DNA of 64,000 bases from the human T2T-CHM13v2.0 reference genome, Homo sapiens. Under the pieces are notes generated by a model, which did no database searches, was not told the DNA's origin, and was given only the letters and a program-made list of their open reading frames with translations. Every line of letters begins with the position of its first letter. Within the stretch, counting starts at the first letter, position 1. A program made the translations under genes and the position numbers. The DNA is taken from NCBI RefSeq assembly GCF_009914755.1, contig NC_060932.1, one strand, 5' to 3'. This document shows, in pieces, positions 25,292-40,574 of the stretch.

Positions 25292-27724
25292 AAAGAATCC
25301 CAAGAGATTACTATTAACAATTATATGCCAGCAAATTGGCTAACGTAGAAAAAATTGGTAACTTCCAAGACACATACAACCTACCAAGATTGAATAATGA
25401 CGAAATAAAAAATCTGAACAAACTAATAATGGCTAAGGAGATTGAATCAGTAATTAAATAAAAATGTTCCATTAAAGCAAAGTTCAGGACTTGATGATGT
25501 AACTAGTGAATTCTACCAAACATTTAAAGAAGAATCCATACAAATCCTCCTCAAGCTCTTCCCAAAAATGTAAGAGGGGAGAACATTCCAAACTTATGAG
25601 ATCAGCATTACCCTGATACCAAAACCAGAGAAGAATACTATGAGACAAGAAAATTAGAGATCAATTTCCTTGATGAATGTAGATGCAAAAAATACTACAT
25701 TAAATACTAGCAAACTGAATTCAGCAGCACATTAAAAGAATCATAAAAAGTGGAGTTTATCACTTGGATGTAAGGATGATTTAACATACACAAATAAATA
25801 AATGTGATACATCACATGAACAGAATGAAGTCATGATCATATCAATAGATGAAGAAAAGGCACTTGACAAACCTCAACTTTCTCTTATGACTAAAACCCT
25901 CAACATAGTAAGTATAGAAGAAATGTATCTCACCCAAATAAAGGCCATATTTGACACATCGACATTTGACACATCTTACTGGTGAAAAGATGAAAATTTT
26001 TCCTCTAAGATTAGGAATTAGATAAGGATGCCCATTCTCACTACTTCTATTCAAATAGTACTGGAGGTCCTAGCTAGAGCAATTAGACAAAAAGAAGAAA
26101 TAAAAAGCATCGAAATCTGAAAGAAAAAAAGTTAAATTGTCTCTGTTCGCAGATGACATTATCTTATATAGAGAAAACCCTGAAGACTCCATGAAATATC
26201 ATAACAAAATAAACAAATTCAGTAACGTTTCAGGATACAAAATCAACATACAAAAATCAGTAGTGTTTCTATACATTAACAACAAACTGTCTGAAAAAGA
26301 AGTTAGGAAAACAATCCAATTTACAGTAAAACAAAAAAAGTATTTAGGAACAAATTTAACCAAGATGGTAAAAGATCTGTGTACTTAAAACTATAAAACA
26401 TTGATTGAACAAATTTAAGATGATACAAATAAATGAAAATACATTCCATGTTCATGACTGGAAAAAATTAAAATTGTCAAAATATTTATACTACCCAAAG
26501 TGGTCTACAGATTCAATGCAATGCTTTTTAAAATTCCAATGGCATTTCTTCTTACAGAAAAAGAAAAAACAACTCTAAGATTAATATGGAAAACAAAAAA
26601 CCCTGGAATAGGTAAAGTTGTTGTGAGAAAGAAGAACAAAGCTAGAGGCATCATACTCCCTGATTTCAAATTGTATTACAAAACTATGTTAAGCAAAACA
26701 GTATGGTGTTGGCATAAAGACAGACACATAGACCAAAGAAACAGGATAGAAAGCTCAGAAATAAATCTATGCATATATGACCACTAATCTTTGACAAGGG
26801 CACCAAGAGTACACAATGGGATAAAGATAGTTTTTTCAATAAATTATGTTAAAGAAATGGGATATCCACATGCAAAAAAAAAAAAAAAAGAAAAAAGAAT
26901 GGTATCCTTGTTTTACTCCATTCACAATAATCAATTTAAAAGGGATGAAAGACTTAAATATAAGACTTAAGACTGTAAAATGCCTAAAGGAAACCTAGGG
27001 GAAAATGTCTATAACATTTGTCTTGACAATGATTTTTTGGATATAACATCAAAACACAGGCAACAAAAGCAAAAATAAACAAGTGTGATGACCTCAAACT
27101 AAAAAAGTTTCTGCACAACAGTGAAAACAATGAACAAAACGAAAAGGCAACCCATTGAATGGGAGAAAATATTTGCAAACTGTATCTCTAATAAGGGGTT
27201 AATATAAAAAACATGTAAGAAATTCGCAAAACTCAACATCAGTAGACCACATGATCTAAAAATGGGCAAATGACCTGACATTTCTTTAAAGAAACATACA
27301 AATGGCCATCAGGTATTCAATATATTATTAAAAATGGCCAACATAATTAATCATTAGGGAGATGTAAATCAAAACCACAATGAGCTATCACCTCATACCT
27401 GTTAGGGTGACTGTGTCAAAAAATAAAAAGATAGAAAGTGTTGGCAAGAATGTGGAAAAAAGAGTACCCTAATACATTGTTGGTAGGAATGTAAATTGGT
27501 ACAGCCATTTGTGGAAAAACAGTATGGAAGTTCCTCAAACAGTTAAAAATAGAACTACCAGATGATCTAGTAATCCCATTTCAGGATACATGTCTATTAA
27601 GGAATTGAATCAGTATGTGGAAGAGATTTCTGCATTTCCATATTATTGAAGCATTATTCACAATAGCCAAGATATGGAAATAACATAAATATCTACTGAT
27701 AAAACTATGGTTAACAAAAATGTG

Positions 27725-27768
27725 ATGTGTGTGTGTGTATATATATGTATATATATATACACACACAA
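27725..27768. repeat. (TG)n(TA)n(CA)n compound microsatellite
   Basis: 'atgtgtgtgtgtgtatatatatgtatatatatatacacacaca', seen directly. Confidence 0.9.
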
Positions 27769-29935
27769 ACATGCACACATACTCACAAGCACATATGCAA
27801 TAGAATATTATTCGGTTTTTAAAAAATTAGGAGACCTTGCCAATTGTGACAACTTTGAACACAGATGAACCTAGAGAACACTATGCTAAGTGAAAGAAGC
27901 CAGGTGCAGAAAGACAAATGCTGCATTATCTCACTTGTATGTAGAATTTATAAAAGTTGAAATTACAGATGCAGAGAGTAGAATGGTGGCTGTGGATCGG
28001 AGGCTGGGGTACATGGGGAGAGGTTGGCCAAAGGGCACAAACTTGCAATTATAATAAGTATACATTTTGGAGACCTAATGTATAGGATAGGTGACTATAG
28101 TTAACAACGTCTTGTGTATACATTTGAAATTTACTAGAAGAGTAAATCTCAAGTATTTTCACCACACACACAGAGGATAACTATGTGAAGTGATGGATAT
28201 TCCAATTAGCTTGGTTGTGGTGATTATTTCACAGTGTATATATACATTAAAACAATATGGTGTACAACTTGAATATACACAATTTTTATTCATCAATTAT
28301 ACTTCAATAAAAAGCTTAAAAATACTATTTTGGCCATTTGAGGTTAAACAAAATATATATTAACATTTTTAAAAATACAAATGGCAGAAATATTTTTCTC
28401 TTTATTTTAGTATGAAAATGAAAAGTAAATTAAATTCTACACGTTTAATATGCAGATTGACTTTGAGGTCTTGACTTGGTTTGTATGTCAAATGGTAACA
28501 TATGCTGTAGAGACAGGTAACAGTTTTTTAATGCAGAGAACTTAAAAATTGTATTTGCTTATTTGCTTACCCTTTATTCCAATGTATTGCACTTTATGTG
28601 CCCTTAATAAAAAGGATGAACAGATTACCTGTAATTTTATTTATTTTACCACAATATGGATAAATGGTCTAAAAAAATCCTGCAAAAAATCCCGCAGCTT
28701 GAACATAGTAATAACAGCGCCAAAAGGGACTCATAAGAAATAGCACAGTTACTTGAAATATGATTTTAAGAGCCACGGTTCTTAAAGATAAATCTTGCTT
28801 CAAGTGTATAGTGAGGCTTGAGATATTAGCTAACGAGAGTATAAAGCCATTATAATTAGAAAGACATTTAACATCTAAGTATGCAGAACATTATTAATAA
28901 CATGCTTCAGTGAAGTAAAAGGTTCTCTGTGCTGGGAAAAATAAAGTGAAATGACAGGATTTTAAATACATCATCTATTTAATTTTTATATCATCCCTTT
29001 TCACTAGTATTTCTGGACATCATTATAGCATATTAGGTTGAACTATATGAAATGGCCATTTTCATAGGCCAAAAGGTTGAGCATTAGCAATTTAATATTT
29101 TTTAACCCATAAATAGTTGTTGTTGCACATGATTTGAAGTAAATAAATATGCATCTCCTGGGAGACTTTCTCGAAGTTTTTTGATAGATGAGGTGTATAA
29201 TCAACAGAATTTGTGGACCACTGTTTTGTCTCATGTTAAACTAGGAGAAAGATTCGCTGACACGACAGCATTGGATCCCCCTCAAGGGATGAATATGCTC
29301 TCAAGAGATGGAGAACGTTTTAAAGAGAGAATGAGGGTATGCATCTTGAGGCAGTGGGTAGAAAGCAGTCAGAGATATCTGCGTTGGCCAAGATAAGAGG
29401 GCATGAAAGTACATGCTGACTTGGGGCAAAGGGACTAATTTTCTTTGACAGAAAAGTAGAGAGTAAAGAGACATTTATTAAATAAAGCCTCTCTCCTCTT
29501 GCACGAAGACCACTTCTCAACTGGTCAGCAGGACAGGGGGCAGATGCTAAAGGCATAATCTGACAGTTCACTTTGGGCCATCACACTGCTCATCCTCCAT
29601 ACCATGTGTCCTCAAGACCCCCCCGACAAAGGCTTACATACGCAAGTGGTTCATTTCAATGATGAGCCTCTGCTTTCTCTGTAAACACAAGAAGTTTTGC
29701 ACATTTATCTGGATAAGATAAAAAATACATTCCTCACTACTCTTCTGAGATCTCTTTCCTCTGACCATCAATTTTCTGCCTTCCATCAATAAACAGTACG
29801 ATGGGGATTTAGAAAGTCAGGTGTGAATCTGCCATTATTTCTGAGACAAACTAGAAAAAAAACTAAATTTTCTTCAATAATTTTTGAAGGAAAGCAAAGT
29901 GATATGAAAAAAAATTGCCACAGTGGCATGAACCA

Positions 29936-29936
<1 letters not shown>

Positions 29937-29978
<42 letters not shown>
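29937..29978. repeat. (CA)21 microsatellite
   Basis: Perfect CA run, seen directly. Confidence 0.97.
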
Positions 29979-29980
<2 letters not shown>

Positions 29981-30021
29981 GTGAGAGAGAGTGAGAGATA
30001 AACAACTTTCTTGTTTTTTGA

Positions 30022-30250
30022 TGTATTTTATTTTTATTGATACATACCAAGATGTACCTATTTTCAGGATATATGTGGTAATTTAATGCATTCATAGAAT
30101 TTGTAAAGATCACATCAGTGTAAATGTGATATCCTTCACCTTAAATATTTGTCTTTTCTTTATGCTAAAGCAAACTATTCTCTTCTAGCAATTTTGAAAT
30201 ATATAATAGATTATTGTAAACTATAGTAACCTTACAGATATATCAAACCA
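30022..30250 (-). mobile_element. L1MA 3' UTR terminal fragment
   Basis: 'tttttattgatacata...gtacctattttcagg...ctattctcttctagcaattttgaaatatataatagattattgtaaactatagtaacc'. Confidence 0.8.
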
Positions 30251-30680
30251 AGGGATAGAATTTTTTGTTGTTGTTGATGTAGAACTCATGTTTATAAGGC
30301 ATTAGCTGAATACATTCCAAGAGAATTGCTACCCTTTTTTTGGAATACAGAATGAGAGACTGAAAAAATAGCAGAAATCGTTGGATGTTCTATACACATT
30401 GATGTTGCCCCCCGCCCAGCCCCACAACTATCCAGACACACGCATGTGCAAAAGCTTGTGGTAATGTGGTCTTTCACATCTTTCCCCTAAAAACTGATAA
30501 AACATATGTCAATCATGCCAATTAATTTTATCCACTTATATAAGAGACAAAATGCTTCCTTAAAAACTTGGCAATAACATAACTTACATTTAGTGAAAAG
30601 GAGAACCTTTTATCCTTCGTTGATTTTTTTTCCTTAATACTTTTTTATATCTGGAGTACTTTATTGTTTCTAATTAGAAA

Positions 30681-31266
30681 GTGGTGATTCCTCAGGGATC
30701 TAGAACTAGAAATACCATTTGACCCAGCCATCCCATTACTGGGTATATACCCAAAGGATTATAAATCATGCTGCTATAAAGACACATGCACACGTATGTT
30801 TATTGCGGCACTATTCACAATAGCAAAGACTTGGAACCAACCCAAATGTCCAACAATGATAGACTGGATTAAGAGAATGTGGCACATATACACCATGGAA
30901 TACTATGCAGCCATGAAAAGTGATGAGTTCATGTCCTTTGTAGGGACATGGATGAAGCTGGAAACCATCATTCTCAGCGAACTATCACAAAGACAAAAAA
31001 CCAAACACCGCATGTTCTCACTCATAGGTGGGAATTGAACAATGAGAACACATGGACACAGGAAGGGGAACATCACACACCAGGGCCTGTTGTGGGGTAG
31101 GGGGAGGGGGGAGGGGGGAGGGATAGCATTTGGAGATATACCTAATGTTAAATGACGAGTTACTGGGTGCAGCACACCAACATGGCACATGTATACATAT
31201 GTAACTAACCTGTACGTTGTGCACATGTACCCTAAAACTTAAAGTATAATTAAAAAAAATAAAAAG
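30681..31266 (+). mobile_element. 5'-truncated L1PA (PA4-like), ~585 bp
   Basis: ORF2 C-terminus '[19 protein letters not shown]...MFSLIGGN', G-rich 3' UTR and poly-A; short TSD agaaagtg (30676-30683 / 31265-31272). Confidence 0.95.
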
Positions 31267-32034
31267 AAAGTGTAGTTAAATAATGGCTGTACTTTTGTAA
31301 ATTCTTCATGAAAAGCACTGATCAATTATTGAGTGATCCAGCCAGCTTCCTCTTGTTATCCATCCCTGAAGCAAGTCCAAATGCTTTGCCTATATTATCC
31401 TAATCAGGTGCCACTAATCCCCTAGTGTCAACTAGCAGCATGACTCACAGGAATTAACCAGCCTCTCATAAGTTCCTCAGAAAACCTAGCCCTTTGCCTT
31501 GATAGAGCAACGACCCTGAAGTGTCATAAGCATCCTGATTTACTAAGAAGGCTTACATAGCAGACATGGGCATTCCATCCATCATTTACAAAGCTCAGGT
31601 TAGGCAGTGCAACTCAGAAAAGACGCTACAATCACTGACATATTTACTGTTTTCAAATTAATGGTATAGTCTCCCATTTAACCCACACAGTCTTTTTGTG
31701 ATAGAGTTATTGTTATTATAATTTTATTATTATTCCAATTTCAGTTTTGCAAGTGGGAAAACTGAGTGGCCAGAGAAGCCAAGTATCTTTGTGTGTGTGC
31801 CAAGAATCTTCCATAACACCACACAGCAAGGAACTGGCAGAGCTGAAACTTTCAACTAACCTTAGAGTCCTTCTCCCTCTCAACATGTCTGAAACTACAG
31901 GAAGAATCTTTCTAAAAGCAGCCCCCTAAAATCACCATCTCTAGGAATGGTTATAAAAATATTTTGATGTGGAGAAAAAGGATATAATCTAAACATTTGC
32001 CATAGTGAAACAGCAGAACATATTTTCTACATCG

Positions 32035-32460
32035 TATATCAGTCAACTTTCAGTAGGTTATGCTACAAAACAAATTATCACAGCAATTCTAGTAGTTGAA
32101 ATCAACAGAGATGTTGCTCCCATTCCCATTCACATGAGCAGAATGCAGCTCTTTTCACAGCCTTTTCATTCCAGGATCCAGGCTGAAGGATCACCTTCCA
32201 TCTGTGACATGCCAGGATATAGCCAAAATCAGACAGCAAGCATAGAACCATGGGGTGGCTCTTAAGGATTCTGCTTGGACATTGCCTGCATAACTTCCAC
32301 TCCCATTCCATCAGCAAAAATAAGTCTTACGGAAATATCTGATGTCAGTAGGGGGTGAAGTCATCTCCTTTCAAAGGAAAGGCCTCCCAGAGGGGCCCTG
32401 TAGATATGGACCTATTAGAGAGTGACAGCAAATATTTCAGACAACTCAAACAATGTTTTA
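32035..32460 (-). mobile_element. Old MLT1 (L/M-like) LTR
   Basis: 'tatatcagtcaactttcagtaggttatgctacaaaacaaa', 'ccaggatccaggctgaagga' and 'cataacttccactcccattccat'. Confidence 0.6.
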
Positions 32461-32739
32461 CATATACATACTAAGTAATAGTATGCAGGCTTTTGAAAAT
32501 GAAACATTAAGTCTATAGTTAATGACCTGAAAAAATATTCATGATGAATATTGCTCTACGATAATTATCCATCTCCACCCACTAATATGTAAATTCCATG
32601 AGGCCAGACCTTTGGTCTGTTTTGCTCACAAATGTATCTTAACCACATGCTGAAAAAAGCATAGATCATCATAAAAAGTTATTAAAATATTGAATAAAGG
32701 AATTTTCCTCTGAGTACAGTTTTATAGTCATATTGATTT

Positions 32740-35450
32740 TGTGCAATATTTGAGCAATCTTTTGGTCTTGAGTGTTTTCTTATTTTTGACCCAGTAGATC
32801 TTTAGAAATTATATTAAATGTTTAAATGCACAATTATTTTTATGTATGGCTTAATTACATTGAAATACTTAAAATGATGTGCTTGCTAAAGAGTTTTTAA
32901 ATTTGAGGAGTATTTTCTTTATAGTCTAATGTACCACGAATATTCATAAATATTCTTGGTATATTGAAGATAATGTGTATTCTCTAATTTTTGGATGCAA
33001 GATATCTTTGTATGTTAGTCATTTTATAAATTGTACTGTTTAATAAAATTTTCTATAGTCTCACCTTTTTTCTCATTAAATTATTTATTAAGAAAGTGAT
33101 ATTAAAATATCTCACTATTAATCAGGACTTATACATGTATTTTTGTAACTATCGATTTGGTTTTATATATTTTCAGGTTATATTATCAAGTTTATACAAG
33201 TTTAAAATTGTTATAATTGCCTGCTAAGTTGAACCTTTTATTGCTGTAAAAGAATATTTCTGTATAAGTAATACTTCGTTTGAAGTCTATTTGTCAGATA
33301 CCTCTACAGCAACAATAGCCTTACATTGTCTCTTGTTTGCCCTTTATAGCTTTTGTCCACCTCTCTCTTTTTGACTTCATGTGTCAGCATCTTTTAGATC
33401 AGCTTCTGTTAAATAATGTATTATTAGATTAGCTTGTCTATCCTATCTGGAAATATTTAACAACTGGCAAGTTGTGTCCATTATTGGAGTAGGCCAATCA
33501 CATAGTAGGTCCTCAAAAAAAATTTGTTGAAGGAATAAATGAGTAAATAATTTTTTTCTGATATATTTGAGTTGTAAATTTTATATTAACTGTAATTATA
33601 TATATGTATGACTAACACATGTATATAAGTATTTAGATTTCTTTATACTACTTTGTTTTAATTTCTACTTTTTTTCTGATTTTCCCCGTTTCTTGCTTTT
33701 TTATTAAAATAACATTTTATTATTACTTTTTATGCTACTACTCTAAAATGTATATACTATATTTGTCTTTTTTTAGTCATTAAACTTTTTTTACCTAGTG
33801 AGTTAATAAAATATACACAATCTTATCTTTACAAACCTATCCTACAATACAAAAGTCAGTTCATCCCTTTGTACATATTTTTTTAAATTTTGGTTGGGTG
33901 TTTTCATTTCACCTTGCTTTCTTCAAGCCAATATTAATGACTATTAGTGCTGTTTTAGGGAACCCACGTTGACATAGATTTGCTCACATACTTATGGTTC
34001 CCCTCATCACCATTCACTGTGGCTTCACAGGCCTTCCCCACGAGGCCAGTTTTCTTCTTCAGGAGTGGAAACTTCCACGGTTCTTTCAGTGAGAGTTTGT
34101 TGGTGATAACCTCTCTGCGGTTTTGTTCACGTAAAATATTTTCATTTCACCTTCACTCTGAAATATAATATTGCTGGGTACGAAGTGTTACAGTAGTAGT
34201 TATTTTACCTTCAGCACTCTGAAGAAATTTGTTCTGTCTCTCGACTTCCACAGAGAAAACGGAGTTGAACTGCCATCCTTTTAAATAATTTGACATTTCT
34301 CTCAGGTTGCCTTTAAGACTTTTATCTTTATTTTTGAAGTACAGCAGTTTAACTACAAAGCATCTAAGTTTGGGTTTCTTTTCCATCAAGCTGGCTACCT
34401 AAGTCTGATGATTTCTGAATTTTATCATGAATTCCTTTTGAAAAATATTTCCCCCTATCACCTCTAGTACCCCATTTTTTCTGAAACAAATTAGGCTAAA
34501 CTTTTCCATTCTACCCTTCTTTTCTTCTACTTCTTCCTACTTTACATCTCTTCTCTCTCTTCTGAACTCTTGGCAATGTCTTCCTGTCAAATCCTTGCAC
34601 CGATTCCTCAAGCTGTCTTATTTACTGTCCTTTACATTGTCTCAAATACTTTTGAATTTCAGTGATCACATTTTCTTTTCTAGAGGTTCTATGTGTTCTT
34701 TTAAAACATGCCTGAAATGCTATTGGTAGTATCTTATTCCTTTCTCATGGTTCTCATTTTTTACATTCTTCAACATTTTAAACACACAATTTATATTATG
34801 GGCTGGGCACGTCTGTAATTCTAGCACCTTGGGAGGTTGAGGTGGAAGGATCACTTGAGGCCAGGAGTTTGAGAGCAGCTTGGAGAAAATAGCAAGACCC
34901 TATCTCTACAACTAAATAAAAAATTAAAAACTTAGCTGGATATGTTGATGTGTACCTGTAGTCCCACCTACTCAAGAGGCTGAGGTGGGAGGATCACTTA
35001 AGCCTGGGAGATCAAGGCTGCAGTGAGCTGTGATTGTGCCACTGAACTCCAGCTTGGGCCACAGAGCAAGACCTTGTCTCAAAAATAAAATAATTTATAT
35101 TACGTATACAACAATGACAAATCTGTAGTTTTAGGGAGTGTAGCTCTGTTGTTGCTCCTGACTTAGTCATGGTGATGGATATCTTCCTGTTTTGCAGTTT
35201 GGGATTGTGAGCTCAGCTTCTGAGATCCTTTGTCACCAAGAATCCTCAGTGGTCTGGACTGCAAACACGGACCTCCACAGGGGTTGACATTTGTCTCTGC
35301 CAGGAACCCAAAGGTATTATCAGCCCCAGATGACTTTACTTAATTTCTCAGCTTCTCTCCTCCAGGCTCTAAAAGTAGGGTGAGGATAGGATCAATTTAA
35401 ATTCAAAACACAAGTGAATCAGGCCTTTAGGAGCCTTTCTCCACTCCCAC
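32740..35450 (-). mobile_element. Highly diverged L1M (L1ME-like) fragments
   Basis: T-rich antisense L1 text, e.g. 'gaagataatgtgtattctctaattt', 'ttctttcagtgagagtttgttggtgataacctctctgcgg' and 'ttttaccttcagcactctgaaga'. Confidence 0.6.
34802..35091 (+). mobile_element. AluJ
   Basis: J-type 'aggatcacttgaggccaggagtttgag' and 'atcaaggctgcagtgagctgtgat'; TSD aatttatattatg (34788-34800) / aatttatattacg (35092-35104). Confidence 0.93.
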
Positions 35451-37344
35451 AAAGAAACGATCTTTCTCATTTTTCTCTTTGCTGGCAAGCAGAGTATTTT
35501 TCTCTGGAAGGTCTTGGAGGGTTGTGGCCTTGTTCAAGAGGCCTCAGTTCCAATCCCCAAAGCCTCACTTGTTTTCTTAGTCTCTTGCTCTGCCCTTAGG
35601 CAGATATTGGGGCTTTGCTTATACTTCCAGGCTCCTCACAGTAAACTGACCACTTGGGGCCTCCCTCTGGTTGTCCTAGCCAAGGGTATGTTACCAATTG
35701 TTCGTATTTCTTTGTCTGCCTCTAGGAATAAAGGGCACATCAGCCTTTTCCAGGGGTGATTAGCTTCAGTTTTGTTTACCCTCATTTGAGAGCCAGCCTA
35801 TGTTCTGTTCTCCACGCAGCTTAAAAAGGAGTCGTGAACTTTGGATATTAAAATAATAAATAAGTAGTAATACCTATTGGGCTCAGTTTTCTTCTCTTTT
35901 TCTCTATTTTTGAAGTCTATAAAGTCTGTATGGTCTATAAAACCATACAGGAGGAGAAGACAGGTGACTGACACCTATCACCTCTGCCTGTTTCATCTGC
36001 TAACAGCTCTGAGGAATATGCAACACTTTTTAAATCTCACTTTTTTCTTTCTTCCTTTCAACCATTATCTGAAAGTGATCAAGAACATTGTAGAGACCCA
36101 TGCACTGATTAGATAAATCAGATTGTCCCGAGAAGGCAGAAGCAGTCTTCTGTCACTCAAGTGCTTGTGTATGCCATGAAGTGCCTGTGTCCTTTCTTGC
36201 CCAGGAAATAAAATTATAGACATACAAAAGATCCTGATGGTTCCAGAGGGAGCAGCATGTCTAATGAAGAGATAGACAATCTAGTTTTCCTTTTCTTGTA
36301 TTTATTGGTCATCTCTTATGTGACAGGAAATGTGCTAAATGCTATGGCTGCAATCATAAATGAGACATTTCTTTCCCTCAAAGAGGTCAATGTCTGGTAG
36401 AGGAGGAATGCACATAAACACAAGTCATACAAAGTAAGCTTTGTGAGAAGGAAGGTGTTTCTGAGATCCGCAGAAGAGTTTCTGGAGGAGACAAAACCTG
36501 AAATAAATCTTCAAAAATAACTGAGAGTCAGTCCATTTCTTTACTTAATATGTATTTATTAATTATTGATTATGTGCTGAATATTAGGATAGGTCCTTGA
36601 CATACATCTGTTAATGACAAAGGCATAGTTCCCATCATTATGGGCTGGCATGCTTTGCCCATAATGATGTGCTGTGCTTAGCAGAAATAGTACAGCTAAG
36701 TGTGTCTGAAGAGCTTTCAGTTATGTTACTTTTGATTGGTCATTCTTTCTTGGGCCTCTGTTTCCTTTCAAGATGTCAATATCCTCCCTTTTCTAAACTT
36801 AGTCAACTTTGGACTGGTGTGGAGAAGCCATCTCTGTTGGAAGGCAGGCACCCATCAGCCATCGTACTAAGGGCTGGGAATAAGACCAGGAGATTGGTTA
36901 TGATTCTTTCCAGTATTGTTCATTAAGCTCATTTCCATGGTATGCTCAGCATTGCTCTCTCCACATCTTTGCCTCATTTAGACAATAATTGCAAACATTC
37001 CCATTGACTTTATTGGAATCTTCTACTTATCGTCTCTTATAGAAGTAGAGATACTATAGGTGGAGACAGGAAACTGAGGCTCAGAAATGACATATCTGAC
37101 ATAGCCATAGGTGCTCATAGATGGGGTTTGTTATAATTCTTTGGGGGGTTCACATAACAGAGAGAGCTACTATGTTCTCTGCCAAATGAACTGTAAGTAA
37201 CCCTGGTGAGAGTAGACTTATGCTATAGACATGAATGAGTGAATACAAAGCTAGAAGGTCGCATTTCTCTTTTTGTTAGATTCTATGGTTTGGTTGGATT
37301 TAGTTCACTCTCTAAAATTGCTCAGATTATAAACTTAAATGTAG

Positions 37345-37785
<441 letters not shown>

Positions 37786-38605
37786 TCATAAAAGTACTTA
37801 CTGACAATTCAAATATCATCATAATTAAATACTTTTGGTCTGTAAAATAACTCTGTTAAGAGAATGAAAAGGCAAGCTACAGACTGGGAGAAAATATTTG
37901 CAAATTTGTAAGCCATTTATCCAACAAATAACTAGAATATAGAATATATAAAGAACTCTTAAAACTCAACAGTAAAAAATTAGAAATTTAATTAGAAAAT
38001 TTAATTTAATTAGATTTAATTAGAAAATGGGCAAATGATATAAACAGACACATCACAGAAGAGGTATAGAGATGGCAAGCTCATGAAACTAGCAGAATGG
38101 CTGAATTAAAATAATAGTGATAACACCAAATGTGGAGCAACTAAGGCACTCAAACATTGCTGTAGGAATGTTAAATAGTAGAGCCGCTATAAAAAACACT
38201 ATAGAAAAGCAGTTTGGCAGCTTCTTTAAAAACTATACATAGGCTTACCTGCAACCCAGCAATTGCATTCCTGAATATATTTATCCTGGAGAAATGAAGA
38301 CTTGTACTGACCAAAACAAACAAAGAAACAAACAAACAAAAAACCCTATTGTTTTGTTAATTTATTCATAGAAGCCCAAAACTGGAAATAACTCAGACGC
38401 CCTTCTATGAGGGAAGGGTTGAACAAACTCTGATTTATTCATACCATGTAATAGCACTCAGCAGTTCAAAGGAATGAACTATTGATACACATAGCAACCT
38501 TGATGAATGTTCAGAGAATTACACCGAGTAAAAGGTTCCATACTGTATGATTACATGGTGGTGGACACATGACCTTACACCGGTGATAAAGTGTTACTTA
38601 GAACT

Positions 38606-38964
38606 GGCTGGGTGCAGTGGCTCATACCTGTAATCCCAGCACTTTGGGAAGCTAAGGTGGGAGGATTGCTTAAGCCCAGAAGTTCAAGACCAGCTGGGCA
38701 ACATGGTGAGATCCCATCTCTACAAAAAAAAAAAAATAAAATAAAAAATAAAAAAAATAAAAAAATAAAAAAATAAAAAAAACTTTTTTAAAAAATTAGC
38801 CAGGCATGGTGGCATGCAACTGTGATTCCAGCTGCTTGGGAGGCTGAAGCAGGAGGATCACTTGGACTCAGGAAGTTGAGGCTGCAGTGAGCCATGCTTG
38901 TACCACTACACTCCAGGCGGAGAGACAGAGCAAGACCGTGTCTCAAAAAATAAAGTAAAATAAA
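38606..38964 (+). mobile_element. AluJ with an expanded A-rich central linker
   Basis: Linker ~38724-38782 expanded into (TAAAAAAA)-like units; TSD-like ttacttagaact/ttacatagcact. Confidence 0.93.
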
Positions 38965-39857
38965 ATTACATAGCACTAAATACACATATACAAGTAAAAG
39001 TAAAACTGGGGAAATAAGAATAAGATCAGTGGTCTGTATCAATGTCAATATCCTAGTTGTGATATTACGTTACAGTTTTGCAAGAAGTTATCATTAAGGA
39101 CAAGGGGGTAAAGGGTACATAGGAATCTCTTTGCGTGAGAATCTACAATTACATACAAAACATTTGTCTTAAGTTTAGTTTTAAAAATATTTGAGGAAAA
39201 GCAGCAGGACTGTTCTAGCTTAAGTTGGTGCATGTCCTGAGCTGACATTTTGAGCCCATCTATGAGACTGTCATCCTCTGCCTGTAAGCCCATCTGCCTC
39301 CCACTGCTCCTGGGAAACACTGGGCCCATGTAAATGTTTAGCCTGAGGCATAGATGCAAACCCTGAAGCTGAATCTACTGCAGACTTCTTTCCCTACAGC
39401 CAGCATTCTGGCCAACTGCCTCGCACTCATGGCTTTGGGCTTGCAGGGCATGCTCATGCACTGCACCTGTGCACGCTTCTTTCAGACTAGGGGACAAGAT
39501 GCTGGAAGCAGGTTTCCTGGTCAAAAATGGTAACCACGTGTTCTGTTCACCCAGGGTCATCAATCGTGAAGCCCAAGGTAGAACCCGCATTTCTCCACTG
39601 GGGTTTGTCTCTCCTGCTCTCTCTATGGTTAGTGTTATTTTTAATGAGCAGCCTGAGTTTAGAGCTAGCTGTTTGAGGATCCAATTCCCAAGAAATGCAG
39701 CAGTATTAGTGCATCTAGGCTTTGAGTAGAAAAACCTGCAGGAGGAGCTTGAACAAGTTAGTTAACCACGCTGAGCCTCCATCTCCCATCTGTGAGGCAT
39801 GATAACACTAGTTTCAACAGGTTGTGGTGGGGGTTAAATTAGATAATGCCTTGTCCA

Positions 39858-40574
39858 TGTATTAGTCAGCTCAGGCTGCCATCACAAAACGCTATAGTCT
39901 AGGTGACTTAAACAACAGAAATTTATTTCTACAGCTCTGGGGGCTGGAAAGTCCAAGATCAAGGCCGTGCTGCTTTGGTTTCTGATGAGGGCCCCCTTCC
40001 TGGCCTACAGATGGCCATCTTCTCCCTGTGTCCTTACATGGTCTTTCCTCTGCATGTGCATAGAGAGAGTATCTCTCTCTTCCTCTTTTTTTAAATTTAA
40101 TTTAATTTAATTTTTAAGAGATAGGATACTGTCACCCAGGCTGGAGTGCAGTGGGCATGATCATGGCTCATGGCAGCCTCAACCTCCCAGCATCAAGCAA
40201 TTCTCCTACCTCAGCCTCCCTAGTAGCTGAGACCACAGTTGTGTGCCATGGCACCTGGCTAATTTTTTAGTGGTTTTTTTTTTTTTTGGTAGAGATGGGG
40301 TCTCACTATGTTGCCCAGGCTGGTCTCAAACTCCTCGGCTCAAGTGATCCTCCTGTCTCAGCCTCCTAAAGTGCTGGGATTAAAGGGGTGAACCACCACA
40401 CTGGGCTTTCCTCTTCTTATGGAGCCATCAGTCTTATTAGATTAGGGACCTACCCTTATGACCTCATTTAGCCTTAATTACCTCCTAAAAGCCATATCTC
40501 CAAATACAGTTACCTTGGACATTAGGTCTTCAACATATGAATGTGGAGAGGGGGAGACAACTCAGTCCATAGCA
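39858..40574 (-). mobile_element. MLT1A-like MaLR solo LTR, inserted in a MIR and containing an AluJ
   Basis: TG...CA ends with a perfect 5-bp TSD GTCCA (39853-39857 / 40575-40579). Confidence 0.9.
40088..40406 (-). mobile_element. AluJ
   Basis: 'gatcatggctcatggcagcctcaacctccc' and 'ggtctcactatgttgcccaggctggtctcaaactcctcggctcaagtgatcctcc'; TSD ttcctctt. Confidence 0.93.

Noticed and set aside
25949-25975. 12-bp direct repeat atttgacacatc in the L1MA
   Set aside because: Trivial slippage duplication inside a dead element.
27725-27768. (TG)n(TA)n(CA)n palindrome as a functional hairpin
   Set aside because: This is common microsatellite decay at this position of L1 3' regions; the symmetry comes from low complexity.
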